A stretch of 64,000 nucleotides of DNA from NCBI GenBank assembly GCA_947085255.1, contig CAMTVQ010000002.1, positions 68,688 to 132,687 of the forward strand, given 5' to 3'. The DNA comes from an uncultured bacterium. Its GTDB lineage: Bacteria > Bacteroidota > Bacteroidia > Sphingobacteriales > Sphingobacteriaceae. How positions within the stretch are numbered: position 1 is the stretch's first letter; each line of letters begins with the position of its first letter. Shown in pieces: positions 37,724 through 46,476 of this stretch. Position numbers and translations under genes: made by a program. A model generated the notes under the pieces. That model was not told where the DNA came from and searched no databases. It saw only the letters and a program-made list of their open reading frames with translations.

Positions 37724-37844
37724 GAAAATCAGCGGATAATATGTATATTCGCTATACATAGATGTTGATAATTACCAACCTGATTGATAGGTAATTATTG
37801 CTAAATCTTATTACGAGTAATATACCAGTTAGATAGGTAGTGCC

Positions 37845-40800
37845 ATGAAATTACTCACCCCCGCCTTACAAAAAAAAGTAGTTCTGCAAGAAAAGACCCC
37901 TGAACATTCATTTCCGATAGTTGCTATTGGTGCTTCGGCAGGAGGCTTGGAAGCCGTGAGCGAATTATTGAGAAATTTGCCGGCTAATACAGGCATGGCC
38001 TATATTTACGTACAACACTTAAGCCCCGATCATAAAAGTTTTCTCACTCCTATCTTATCTAAGGTTACTAAGATGAAAGTGCAGGAAATTGAAAATATGG
38101 AGCACATGGCTCCGAACAACGTATATGTAATTCCACACAATAAGGGAATAGAGGTTATTGATGGGCAGATTCAGTTAATTCCTCGCCTTAAAATCAGTAC
38201 TGGAAGTCTTACCATTGATGTTCTTTTTTCCTCGTTGGCAGAAACTCATAAAGAAAATGTAATAGGCATCGTTCTTTCTGGCTATGCCAGTGATGGCGCA
38301 ATTGGACTTAAAACAATTAAAGCTGCCGGAGGATTAACCTTTGCGCAGGACGACTCCGCTCAGGCAAGCAGTATGCCCGAATCGGCCATAGCCGTAGGGG
38401 CTGTCGATTTTGTGATGTCGCCAAAAAAAATAGCGCAGGAATTAGTAAAAATTAGCAAAAATGGCTTTCTGCGGACTATTATTAAGCTCCGACAAAATAA
38501 GAATACCCTTGAGGAGAATAATTTCAACCTGAAAACAATTTTTGAGCTCTTGCATAAGCAAACCGGTGTTGATTTTAGTCATTACAAAATGAGCACCATT
38601 AAGCGGCGCTTAAGGCACAGAATGCTTCAAACAGATATACATACTGTAGAAGAATTTACGGAGCACTTGCTTAAAAATACTGCTGAGGTAGATTTGCTTT
38701 ACAAAGATTTGCTAATACATGTAAGTAGTTTTTTTAGGGAGACCGAAACCTTTAAGTATTTGCAAACAGCTTTTTTGCCCAAACTTATTGCCAGCAAGCA
38801 CGCCGACGAAACACTACGGATATGGGTAACTGCCTGTTCTAGTGGAGAAGAAGCCTACTCTATTGCTATGCTCATTAGCGAAATTCAGAGCCATAACAAA
38901 ACAAAAATACCTGTACAAATTTTTGCTACCGACCTTAGCGAAGAAGCCATTCGTATTGCACGTATTGGTGAGTATACGCAAAAGGATGTTAGTGTAATTG
39001 CTAAAAAGAGAGTAAGTACCTTTTTTACAAAAACGGGTGATACGTACCGCATTGCTAAAGAAATTAGAGAGATGTGTATATTTGCACCTCATAATGTTTT
39101 GAGCGATCCTCCCTTTGCGCGGATTGATTTTATTAGCTGTTGCAACCTGCTCATTTACTTTGATATGCCTGCGCAAAAAAGAGCACTAGCAACCTTTAAT
39201 TTTGCGTTGAATGATGGGGGCTATTTGATGTTGGGCAAATCTGAAACCATAGGAGCAGCCTCTCCCTTTTTTACTCGAATAGATACTAAATTCAAGGTTT
39301 ATTCACGAAAAAAAAATACAGGCATTCGAAAAGTACCCGACCTGTTGCCGCGCATTCCCAGAACCGCTATTCCTGAAAAAAGCACAAAACCTGTTTTAAT
39401 GAAAAGTACAGCTATTAATTCGGCAGAGTTAGACAAGTCTATAGATGCTATTCTGCTTACGAATTACATGCCCGCCTGTGCAATCATCAATAAGGATATG
39501 GAAATCCTTCAGTTTAGGGGCTCCACCTCTGTATTTCTAGAGCATGCTTCGGGCAGGGCAAGTCTTAATATTTTGAAGATGATAAAGCCAGAGTTTGCTT
39601 TTGAACTTAGAAGTGTGATACACAAAGCACTAAAAAGCAAAACAACGGTACGCAAATCGGATATTGAGATGAAGATTGGTGCCAATTATAAAATGATTTC
39701 GTTGGAGGTATGCCCTCTTAAAATTGATTGGGATGAACCACTGCTGCTTATCGTTTTTACGATACAAGAACAGGTTGAAAAATATATTGGGGTTGGCAAA
39801 GATAAAAGGTTAGTCATTGGAACAAAAGAGCAAGAGCAAAAAATAAAAAGGCTGAGTGAAGAATTAGCTCTTGCACGTGCCGAAATGCATACGATTATCG
39901 AATCGCAGGAAATAGCTTATGAGGAACTGCAGGCAGCTAATGAAGAAATAACCTCTACCAACGAAGAGTTTCAGACCTTGAATGAAGAACTTGAAACCTC
40001 TAAGGAAGAAATTGAGGCTACCAACGAAGAGCTTATTTGTACCAACCATGAGTTGCAAATACGCAATGATCTTTTGACGGAGTCGTACAGATACTCGGAA
40101 GCTATTATAGCTACTATTCATGAACCAATGATTGTTCTTGACAGTAATCTTCATGTAAAATCTGCCAACAAATCGTTTTACAAAAAATTTCGCACTACTA
40201 AAGAGGATACCGAAGGAGTGCTCGTGTTTGAATTAGGAAACAAGCAATGGGATATTCGTCAGCTACATCTATTGCTCGAAAATATTGTTTCGAAAAATAG
40301 TGATTTTAATAGTTTTGAGGTAACGCATACATTTCCGGGTATAGGCGAAAAAATAATGTTGCTTAACGCACACCGTATTGTTCAAAAGATTCATCATGAG
40401 CATTTAATTCTTCTTGCTTTTGAAGACATTACAGAACGTGCCAACTATTACCTCAATGAAAAGGCCATTCTTAGCCGCGAAAAGCAAATAGCAGAAATGG
40501 CGGTTCATTCCAAACAACAGTTTTTGTCGAACATGAGCCACGAAATTCGCACGCCTATGAATGCGATTATTGGCTTTACCAAAGTGGTTTTAAAAACAGA
40601 TTTAACTGAAAAACAAAAGGAATACGTAAATGCCATTAAAGTATCGTGTGATGACTTAATCGTTTTGATAAATGACATACTTGATCTTGCCAAGGTAGAC
40701 GCCGGCAAGATGACTTTTGAGCAATCTAAATTTGCAGTACTGCCATCCATTACGGCTATACTCCATTTGTTTGAAACAAAAATTCAAGAAAAAAGCTTAG

Positions 40801-42017
40801 AATTAATTACAGTATACGACACTACTATTCCTAAAGTAGTACTTGGCGACGCTGTACGACTAAACCAGATTATTCTGAATTTAGTTAGTAATGCCATTAA
40901 ATTTACCGAAAAGGGAAAAATTACTGTAAGTGTGCGTAAGATAGCCGAGGATGAGGAAGGCACAACTATTGAATTTGCAGTGAAAGATACTGGAATTGGA
41001 ATACCAGCAGATAAGCTACCCAGTATTTTTCAAAAATTCCAACAGGCATCCAGCAGTACTGCACGATTATATGGAGGTACAGGATTGGGGCTTGCCATTG
41101 CTAAACAATTAGTGGAAGCACAGGGCGGAACAATTAAGGTTGAAAGCGAAAACAATATAGGATCTACGTTTACTTTTACACTTGCTTTTCAAAAAACAAC
41201 GGAGGAAATAGGCATTGAAACCGAAGATGTTGCATCAGGATCTGAATTTAAACACCTAAAAGTATTGGTGGTTGAAGATATTCAGCTCAACCAGTTGCTG
41301 ATGAAAACCATATTAGATGATTTTGGATTTGAAGGTGACATTGCTGCCAACGGAAAAATAGCCATAGAGCTGCTGAAACATAAATCGTACGATGTTATTT
41401 TGATGGATTTGCAAATGCCCGAAATGGATGGGTTTGAAGCCACAGAATATATTCGAAAAACGCTAGGTTCCACCGTTCCGATTATTGCCTTAACTGCAGA
41501 TGTAACCACGGTTGATTTAGCAAAATGCAAAGCCGTGGGCATGAACGACTATTTGGCAAAACCTGTAGACGAGCGTTTGCTATACAGAAAGATAGTTGGT
41601 TTGGTAAAAAAAACAACGACTGCACGAGGCAATAAGACTAAAAATAAAGCAGTTAAAAAACAAAAAACGGATACCTACACTAATTTGGATTACTTAGTGC
41701 AGCGTACCAAATCAAACCCAGCATTATTGGCCGAAATTATTTCTCTTTACTTGAAGCAAAATCCGCTCTTAATTGCTGCACTTAAACAAAGCTTGGTGAA
41801 TAAAGATTGGCATGCCATGCACATGGCGGCACATAAAATGATTCCCTCCTTTTCAATAATGGGTTTTAGCAACAACTTTGAAGATGCCGCCAAAAAAATT
41901 CAGGAGTATGCAAGTGCCAAAGAGCATCTGGATAAAATACCTGATTTAGTGGCGCAGTTGGATAAAGTTTGCACAGATGCCTATATAGAATTAGAAGACG
42001 CACTTACTAAACTATAA
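37845..42017 (+). CDS. CheB methylesterase - CheR methyltransferase - coiled coil - PAS - HisKA - HATPase - REC - HPt fusion protein
   Basis: 1390 aa. CheB-like ([15 protein letters not shown]...YVQHLSPDH). CheR SAM motif ([18 protein letters not shown]). EE-heptad coiled coil. PAS. The kinase/REC/HPt part is a close paralog of 32421-34427 ([24 protein letters not shown] identical). Confidence 0.85.
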   Translation: MKLLTPALQKKVVLQEKTPEHSFPIVAIGASAGGLEAVSELLRNLPANTGMAYIYVQHLSPDHKSFLTPILSKVTKMKVQEIENMEHMAPNNVYVIPHNKGIEVIDGQIQLIPRLKISTGSLTIDVLFSSLAETHKENVIGIVLSGYASDGAIGLKTIKAAGGLTFAQDDSAQASSMPESAIAVGAVDFVMSPKKIAQELVKISKNGFLRTIIKLRQNKNTLEENNFNLKTIFELLHKQTGVDFSHYKMSTIKRRLRHRMLQTDIHTVEEFTEHLLKNTAEVDLLYKDLLIHVSSFFRETETFKYLQTAFLPKLIASKHADETLRIWVTACSSGEEAYSIAMLISEIQSHNKTKIPVQIFATDLSEEAIRIARIGEYTQKDVSVIAKKRVSTFFTKTGDTYRIAKEIREMCIFAPHNVLSDPPFARIDFISCCNLLIYFDMPAQKRALATFNFALNDGGYLMLGKSETIGAASPFFTRIDTKFKVYSRKKNTGIRKVPDLLPRIPRTAIPEKSTKPVLMKSTAINSAELDKSIDAILLTNYMPACAIINKDMEILQFRGSTSVFLEHASGRASLNILKMIKPEFAFELRSVIHKALKSKTTVRKSDIEMKIGANYKMISLEVCPLKIDWDEPLLLIVFTIQEQVEKYIGVGKDKRLVIGTKEQEQKIKRLSEELALARAEMHTIIESQEIAYEELQAANEEITSTNEEFQTLNEELETSKEEIEATNEELICTNHELQIRNDLLTESYRYSEAIIATIHEPMIVLDSNLHVKSANKSFYKKFRTTKEDTEGVLVFELGNKQWDIRQLHLLLENIVSKNSDFNSFEVTHTFPGIGEKIMLLNAHRIVQKIHHEHLILLAFEDITERANYYLNEKAILSREKQIAEMAVHSKQQFLSNMSHEIRTPMNAIIGFTKVVLKTDLTEKQKEYVNAIKVSCDDLIVLINDILDLAKVDAGKMTFEQSKFAVLPSITAILHLFETKIQEKSLELITVYDTTIPKVVLGDAVRLNQIILNLVSNAIKFTEKGKITVSVRKIAEDEEGTTIEFAVKDTGIGIPADKLPSIFQKFQQASSSTARLYGGTGLGLAIAKQLVEAQGGTIKVESENNIGSTFTFTLAFQKTTEEIGIETEDVASGSEFKHLKVLVVEDIQLNQLLMKTILDDFGFEGDIAANGKIAIELLKHKSYDVILMDLQMPEMDGFEATEYIRKTLGSTVPIIALTADVTTVDLAKCKAVGMNDYLAKPVDERLLYRKIVGLVKKTTTARGNKTKNKAVKKQKTDTYTNLDYLVQRTKSNPALLAEIISLYLKQNPLLIAALKQSLVNKDWHAMHMAAHKMIPSFSIMGFSNNFEDAAKKIQEYASAKEHLDKIPDLVAQLDKVCTDAYIELEDALTKL

Positions 42018-42051
42018 CACAGTACCAAGGTACTTACTGCTATTATATACT

Positions 42052-42085
42052 TACCCATTATGCTTTGCGTAGTGGGTATTTTTTT
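42052..42085 (+). terminator. rho-independent terminator after the kinase operon
   Basis: TACCCATTA (42052-42060) pairs with TAGTGGGTA (42070-42078), followed by a T7 run at 42079-42085. Confidence 0.65.
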
Positions 42086-42095
42086 GTGATGTTCT

Positions 42096-42131
42096 GTGAT
42101 TTATGTAACTAATTTCCATTAGTGTGTAACA
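42096..42131 (+). promoter_or_regulatory. 36-bp promoter module, copy 2
   Basis: GTGATTTATGTAACTAATTTCCATTAGTGTGTAACA. -7-like ccTTTG at 42156-42159. ATG at 42194, 63 nt after the module end. Confidence 0.7.
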
Positions 42132-42193
42132 CCTGCACACCCAAAGGTCGCCACCTTTGAGCATTACAACTCAATCAAAAAAAAACACAGGTT

Positions 42194-42637
42194 ATGAAAA
42201 TATTATTAGCTATAGATGGTTCTGCGCATAGTATGGCCGCTGTTCAAGAAATTGCATGCAGGCCGTTTCCGCCTAAAACAGAAGTGCGCATTCTTGCTGT
42301 GTACGAAATTGCACCATTTATTATGCAAACAGAATTAGCAAGCATATCTCAAGAATACTATGCCGAAGCTGATAAGTATGCGCTAAAAGCAGCCACAACT
42401 ATTGCCGAAAAGGCAGCTCATGAATTACACACAAAAAATCCTGCACTCACAGTTAGTACTACGGTGGTAGAAGGCGCTCCAAAGAGTGTTATTTTAAAAG
42501 AAGCCGAAACTTTTGGTGCTAATTTGATTGTGGTGGGTTCTCATGGATATGGGGCTATAGAGCGTTTTTTGCTTGGCTCTGTTTCTCAATCGGTGGCATT
42601 ACATGCAAAATGTTCGGTAGAAATAGTACGCAAATAA
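42194..42637 (+). CDS. universal stress protein (UspA family)
   Basis: 147 aa. KILLAIDGS ... LIVVGSHGYGAIERFLLGSVSQSVALHAKCSVEIVR is the canonical Usp ATP-binding motif. Confidence 0.85.
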   Translation: MKILLAIDGSAHSMAAVQEIACRPFPPKTEVRILAVYEIAPFIMQTELASISQEYYAEADKYALKAATTIAEKAAHELHTKNPALTVSTTVVEGAPKSVILKEAETFGANLIVVGSHGYGAIERFLLGSVSQSVALHAKCSVEIVRK

Positions 42638-42671
42638 CAGTCAGATAAACAATAGTATAAATAAAAACAAC

Positions 42672-43415
42672 ATGAAATTACAACACAACACCCTAACAGC
42701 CTTTGCTTTGGTAACATTGCTTTTGGTAACCGCTTGTACAGAAGACAACAATAACCCAGGAGGTAATCCTATTGTAATTCCTCTTCAAACTACGGTACAT
42801 GCTATCGTTCCACTTGGAGGCACTATCAACTTTGCAGTACTTGCTGGTTCAGCTGTTACCAATACAGGTGCAACCGTAATTACTGGCGATTTAGGACTTA
42901 GCCCTGGCACTTCGGTAGGCGGATTTCCTCCCGGCATACTCAATGGCACACAACACATTAACGATACCATTGCCACCCAAGCAAAACAGGATTTAACTAC
43001 CGCCTATAACGATGCAGCAGGAAGAACAGCTACAGATATCGTTACCCTATCGGGCAATATCGGTGGACTTACACTTACCCCAGGGCTGTATAAATCTACC
43101 TCCTCATTGTCTATCTCTTCGGGTGATGTTACGTTTGATGCAAAAGGAAATGCAAATGCTGTGTTTATTATACAAATAGCTTCTGCTTTTACCACCACAT
43201 CTGGTCGTAAAGTTATTCTTAGTGGAGGTGCGCAGGCATCCAATATTTTTTGGCAGGTAGGCAGTTCGGCAACTTTTGGTACTACCTCTGTACTTAAAGG
43301 AACAATAATGGCTATGCAGTCGATTACGTTTAATACTGGAGCAACGCTTGATGGCAAAGCACTAACTAGAACAAGCGCCGTTACCCTATCGGGCAATACC
43401 ATTGTAAAGCAGTAA
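42672..43415 (+). CDS. ice-binding-like (DUF3494) family lipoprotein, single domain
   Basis: 247 aa. Lipobox LLVTAC. FAVLAGSAVTNTGATVITGDLGLSPG ... LTPGLYKSTSSLSISSGDVTFDAKGNANAVFIIQI ... IFWQVGSSATFGTTSVLKGTIMA ... LDGKALTRTSAVTLSGNTI is the DUF3494 beta-solenoid signature. Confidence 0.8.
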   Translation: MKLQHNTLTAFALVTLLLVTACTEDNNNPGGNPIVIPLQTTVHAIVPLGGTINFAVLAGSAVTNTGATVITGDLGLSPGTSVGGFPPGILNGTQHINDTIATQAKQDLTTAYNDAAGRTATDIVTLSGNIGGLTLTPGLYKSTSSLSISSGDVTFDAKGNANAVFIIQIASAFTTTSGRKVILSGGAQASNIFWQVGSSATFGTTSVLKGTIMAMQSITFNTGATLDGKALTRTSAVTLSGNTIVKQ

Positions 43416-43428
43416 TCAGCCAACCAGT

Positions 43429-45183
43429 ATGAGCACTAAAAAAACAGAACTACCTGTGGCGGAAACTGCCCCTAAATGGGCAAAATTCCGTTCGGATATG
43501 CTTAAGTCATTTCCATCTCCGTATAAAGGCGAAAAGGATTCTTTGGCAGATGCCATAGATAAAGCCATACGCCAGTTGGATAAACTAAAATCTGAAAAAA
43601 CAGGAGGTGCTGCGTATTTAGGAACCAACTCTGCTCTTACTATTGATTTCGAAAATGTAAAAGATTCTGCTCTATTACCACAAATGAGCACCTCGGCTGC
43701 GGTAATAGAGCAAGTAATCGAGTTATTTGAAGGATTGCCTAACTGGGGACATCCGCTTACCATGTGCAACGTAAGTCCGCAAGGAAATACAGCAGCAGTA
43801 GTTGCCGCCATTTTATCCGAAATATTTGCCCCCAATATTTTGGAAGGCGAGTATGCCTGGAATATTCACAAAGCAGAATTAGAATCAGCCGGAATATTAG
43901 CAAATCTTGCTGGCTGGGAGCCTAAAAAAGCAGGAGCAATTTATACCTATGGCGGTTCGGGCTGCTGGACCTACCACTTAAAATATGCCCTTACGCGCGT
44001 GCTGCCAAATTCGCGGAATACAGGCGTACGCACAGATGCAAAAGTAATTTGTTCGCAACAAGCGCATTATACCATGCTCAACAGTACCGATTGGACCGGG
44101 TTAGGAATGGATAATATTATCCGTATCCGCACAGATATGGATACCAATGCCATGGACATGAAACATCTGGAAGACGTATTGAAAGATTGTAGAGATAAGA
44201 AAATTCCTGTTGCTTCTGTGGTGTGCACGATGGCTACTACCGATGCAAATGCATTTGATCCCGTAAAAGAAGTACGCCAGCTAATAGACAAATACCCCAA
44301 CCCCAATGGCTATGGAAAAACCTTATTGTATTGCGATTCGGTAATTGGCTGGTCGTGGATCGCTTTCAAAAACTACGACTTCAAGGCCAATCCACTTGGT
44401 TTTTCTGAAGCAGTGCTTCCGTATATCGAACAAAACTATACGGCAATAAAAGACATTTTTTATGCCGATGCTTTTGGGGTAGATTTTCATAAAACAGGCT
44501 TTTCTCCGTACATCAGCAGTGCTTTTGTGTACAAAGATGCCGCCGAGTTTGAGGGTTTACTTACACGCGAAGGGCCTGCCTATTTGCAACCCCGCTCCCC
44601 TTACAACCCAATGGATTATACCTTAGAGGTTTCGCGCGCAGCAACAGGTTCTTTGGCTGGATGGGCTACCCTTAAATTTTTTGGTCACGAAGGTTTTCAG
44701 GCTGTGTTAGGCGGCATATTGGAGAACAAAGTGTACCTCAAAAATCAGATTGCCAAAAGAAGCGATATGGTTTGTGTAAACCCATCCGACTATGGATTGG
44801 TAACCCTCTTAAGAATCTATCCTACGGGAGTACATGCACAAACACAATTTGATGGTGAGTTAAGCGACCCTACTTACCGCAAGGCCTTAATTACCCACAA
44901 CAAACTAACTCATAGTATTGGTGATACCCTATTTAACTGGTTCCGTTCGGGCAAAAAGATACAGGGTAAATGCACTCCGTATCTTAGTTTCAGCACGGGT
45001 TTTCGTACCGCAGAATACAACCGAGATATGAAAGATGGAGAAGCACTTATTTACGCCCTTAAAATATTTCCGATGAACGTACACATTACTCCCGAAGTAA
45101 TGGATCATGTATTAGACTGTATCAGTGCCGCCAGAGATGAAGTAATGGCACTGGAAGAAAGCAAATACGTGGAGAGTTTTTAA
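43429..45183 (+). CDS. PLP-dependent group II decarboxylase-like enzyme (fold-type I)
   Basis: 584 aa. TMATTDANAFDP, LYCDSVIGWSW and DFHKTGFSPY (candidate PLP lysine) resemble the TLGTT..G..D / H.DAA / N.HK motifs of group II decarboxylases. Substrate unknown. Confidence 0.55.
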   Translation: MSTKKTELPVAETAPKWAKFRSDMLKSFPSPYKGEKDSLADAIDKAIRQLDKLKSEKTGGAAYLGTNSALTIDFENVKDSALLPQMSTSAAVIEQVIELFEGLPNWGHPLTMCNVSPQGNTAAVVAAILSEIFAPNILEGEYAWNIHKAELESAGILANLAGWEPKKAGAIYTYGGSGCWTYHLKYALTRVLPNSRNTGVRTDAKVICSQQAHYTMLNSTDWTGLGMDNIIRIRTDMDTNAMDMKHLEDVLKDCRDKKIPVASVVCTMATTDANAFDPVKEVRQLIDKYPNPNGYGKTLLYCDSVIGWSWIAFKNYDFKANPLGFSEAVLPYIEQNYTAIKDIFYADAFGVDFHKTGFSPYISSAFVYKDAAEFEGLLTREGPAYLQPRSPYNPMDYTLEVSRAATGSLAGWATLKFFGHEGFQAVLGGILENKVYLKNQIAKRSDMVCVNPSDYGLVTLLRIYPTGVHAQTQFDGELSDPTYRKALITHNKLTHSIGDTLFNWFRSGKKIQGKCTPYLSFSTGFRTAEYNRDMKDGEALIYALKIFPMNVHITPEVMDHVLDCISAARDEVMALEESKYVESF

Positions 45184-45204
45184 GCTGATTTTACTGCTGC
45201 TGCT

Positions 45205-46026
45205 TTAAATCTTTTTTTGTTGTTTTGGTGGTAAAAAATTTTCTCCTGTTACTACTTTTTTTCCTGTTTGCACCTCCAATTGCACCCTTGCATCTTTGGC
45301 AATTTTGCCTCCTTTTTTGCTTGCTTTTGCATTTTCAAGTAACCCTTTAGCGTCATCTGTTTGGGCTATTTGTCGTGTTGATAGTTCAGCTAAGGCAGTA
45401 AAAATCAATTCGGCTTCGCTCATGTGGTCACGCAGGTTTTGCGATTTTAAGCCCTTCAAATCTTTGTGTTTTTTTACCGATAAGCCTGTCCATTCCTGAT
45501 GAATAATATTTGTAAGCAATGCAAATTCATCCGCTTTTTCTACACCGCTCTCTTTCCAGTAATCCGTGAGTTTGTTTCGGGTTTCTTGCCCTGTCATTCG
45601 TTGCTGAATCCATTTTTCGCTACGTCCTAGTTTTTGCCAGTTTTCTCTGGCTCTATCTATACTTTGGCTAGGGTCGGCTATTTCTTGCATACGTTCGTAG
45701 CCCACTTTGGCTAGCCATTGTTTAAAAGGTTCTGCTTTGGGTGATGGTATGGATTGGATAAGCCTAAAAATATCTTGCGCATTGCCAGCCAAAGTTTTAC
45801 GCTTCTTTCCGTTTGATAACATTTCTACCTGGGGACAATTTGTCCCTAGGTAAGCGCCGAGTTCAGTGTCTCTTTTTCTGAGTTTTTTTAAATAATCAGT
45901 TGGATTAATCGATTCTGTAAGGGCTTCTACAATATCTACAACAGAAAAATACCAAATATCTTTTTCTGCGTCGTAATACCTACGTACTTGCCTGTTTTCA
46001 AATAAAATAATGTTTTGATTACTCAT
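45205..46026 (-). CDS. BRO-N domain / DNA-damage-inducible protein D (DinD)-like protein
   Basis: 273 aa. FENRQVRRYYDAEKDIWYFSVVDIVEAL ... FRLIQSIPSPKAEPFKQWLAKVGYERMQEI is the typical DinD/Bro pattern. It is the only minus-strand gene in the island. Confidence 0.75.
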   Translation of the reverse strand: MSNQNIILFENRQVRRYYDAEKDIWYFSVVDIVEALTESINPTDYLKKLRKRDTELGAYLGTNCPQVEMLSNGKKRKTLAGNAQDIFRLIQSIPSPKAEPFKQWLAKVGYERMQEIADPSQSIDRARENWQKLGRSEKWIQQRMTGQETRNKLTDYWKESGVEKADEFALLTNIIHQEWTGLSVKKHKDLKGLKSQNLRDHMSEAELIFTALAELSTRQIAQTDDAKGLLENAKASKKGGKIAKDARVQLEVQTGKKVVTGENFLPPKQQKKI

Positions 46027-46378
46027 AGATAAATTACTTTTTAGTTCCCCTCAATTAATTTTTTGTTCCTTCTCTTTCAAATCATACAATGTTTTGTTGG
46101 CATTTCAATAGTTACTATCTCGCCAATGCTTTTAGTGCTTTTTTTGGTGTTTGCGGTACTAATTTAATCACGGTTTATTTGCTTTTCATTTGTGTTATAG
46201 AAGATATTAAGCGGTTTAATCCAATAAGATCTGTCCATTATTAAGGTGTTAAAGTTAAGTTTTTAAACCGTTTTTAGCCCAAAAATGCCATCAAATTATC
46301 AACGGTCTGAACGTCCTGCTATCCGGCTGGGCATACTCAGATGCCGCTACTCTTAGCTACCCCCAACGCTTACAATAC

Positions 46379-46414
46379 GTGATTTGTATAACTCTTTTAC
46401 AGAGTTATGTAATG
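46379..46414 (+). promoter_or_regulatory. 36-bp promoter module, copy 3
   Basis: GTGATTTGTATAACTCTTTTACAGAGTTATGTAATG. -7-like ccTTTG at 46439-46442. The ATG at 46477 is 63 nt after the module end. The ORF-track start at 46384 lies inside the module and is rejected. Confidence 0.7.
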
Positions 46415-46476
46415 TTCAAGCCCCCCAAGCAACTGACCTTTGTGACGTAGCCATGCTACACGAATTTAGCTCCACA

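Noticed and set aside
42672-43415. Calling the DUF3494 proteins proven antifreeze or ice-binding proteins
   Set aside because: Only family membership can be inferred from sequence motifs. Ice affinity varies within the family and needs experiment, so they are labelled ice-binding-like.
46384-46476. N-terminal extensions proposed by the ORF track (46384 for the collagen-like gene; also 57269, 50663, 28821, 11250, 10531 and 11316 for other genes)
   Set aside because: The extensions run through the conserved promoter module or -7-like box, or precede an obvious signal peptide that begins at an internal Met. Internal starts were chosen instead.
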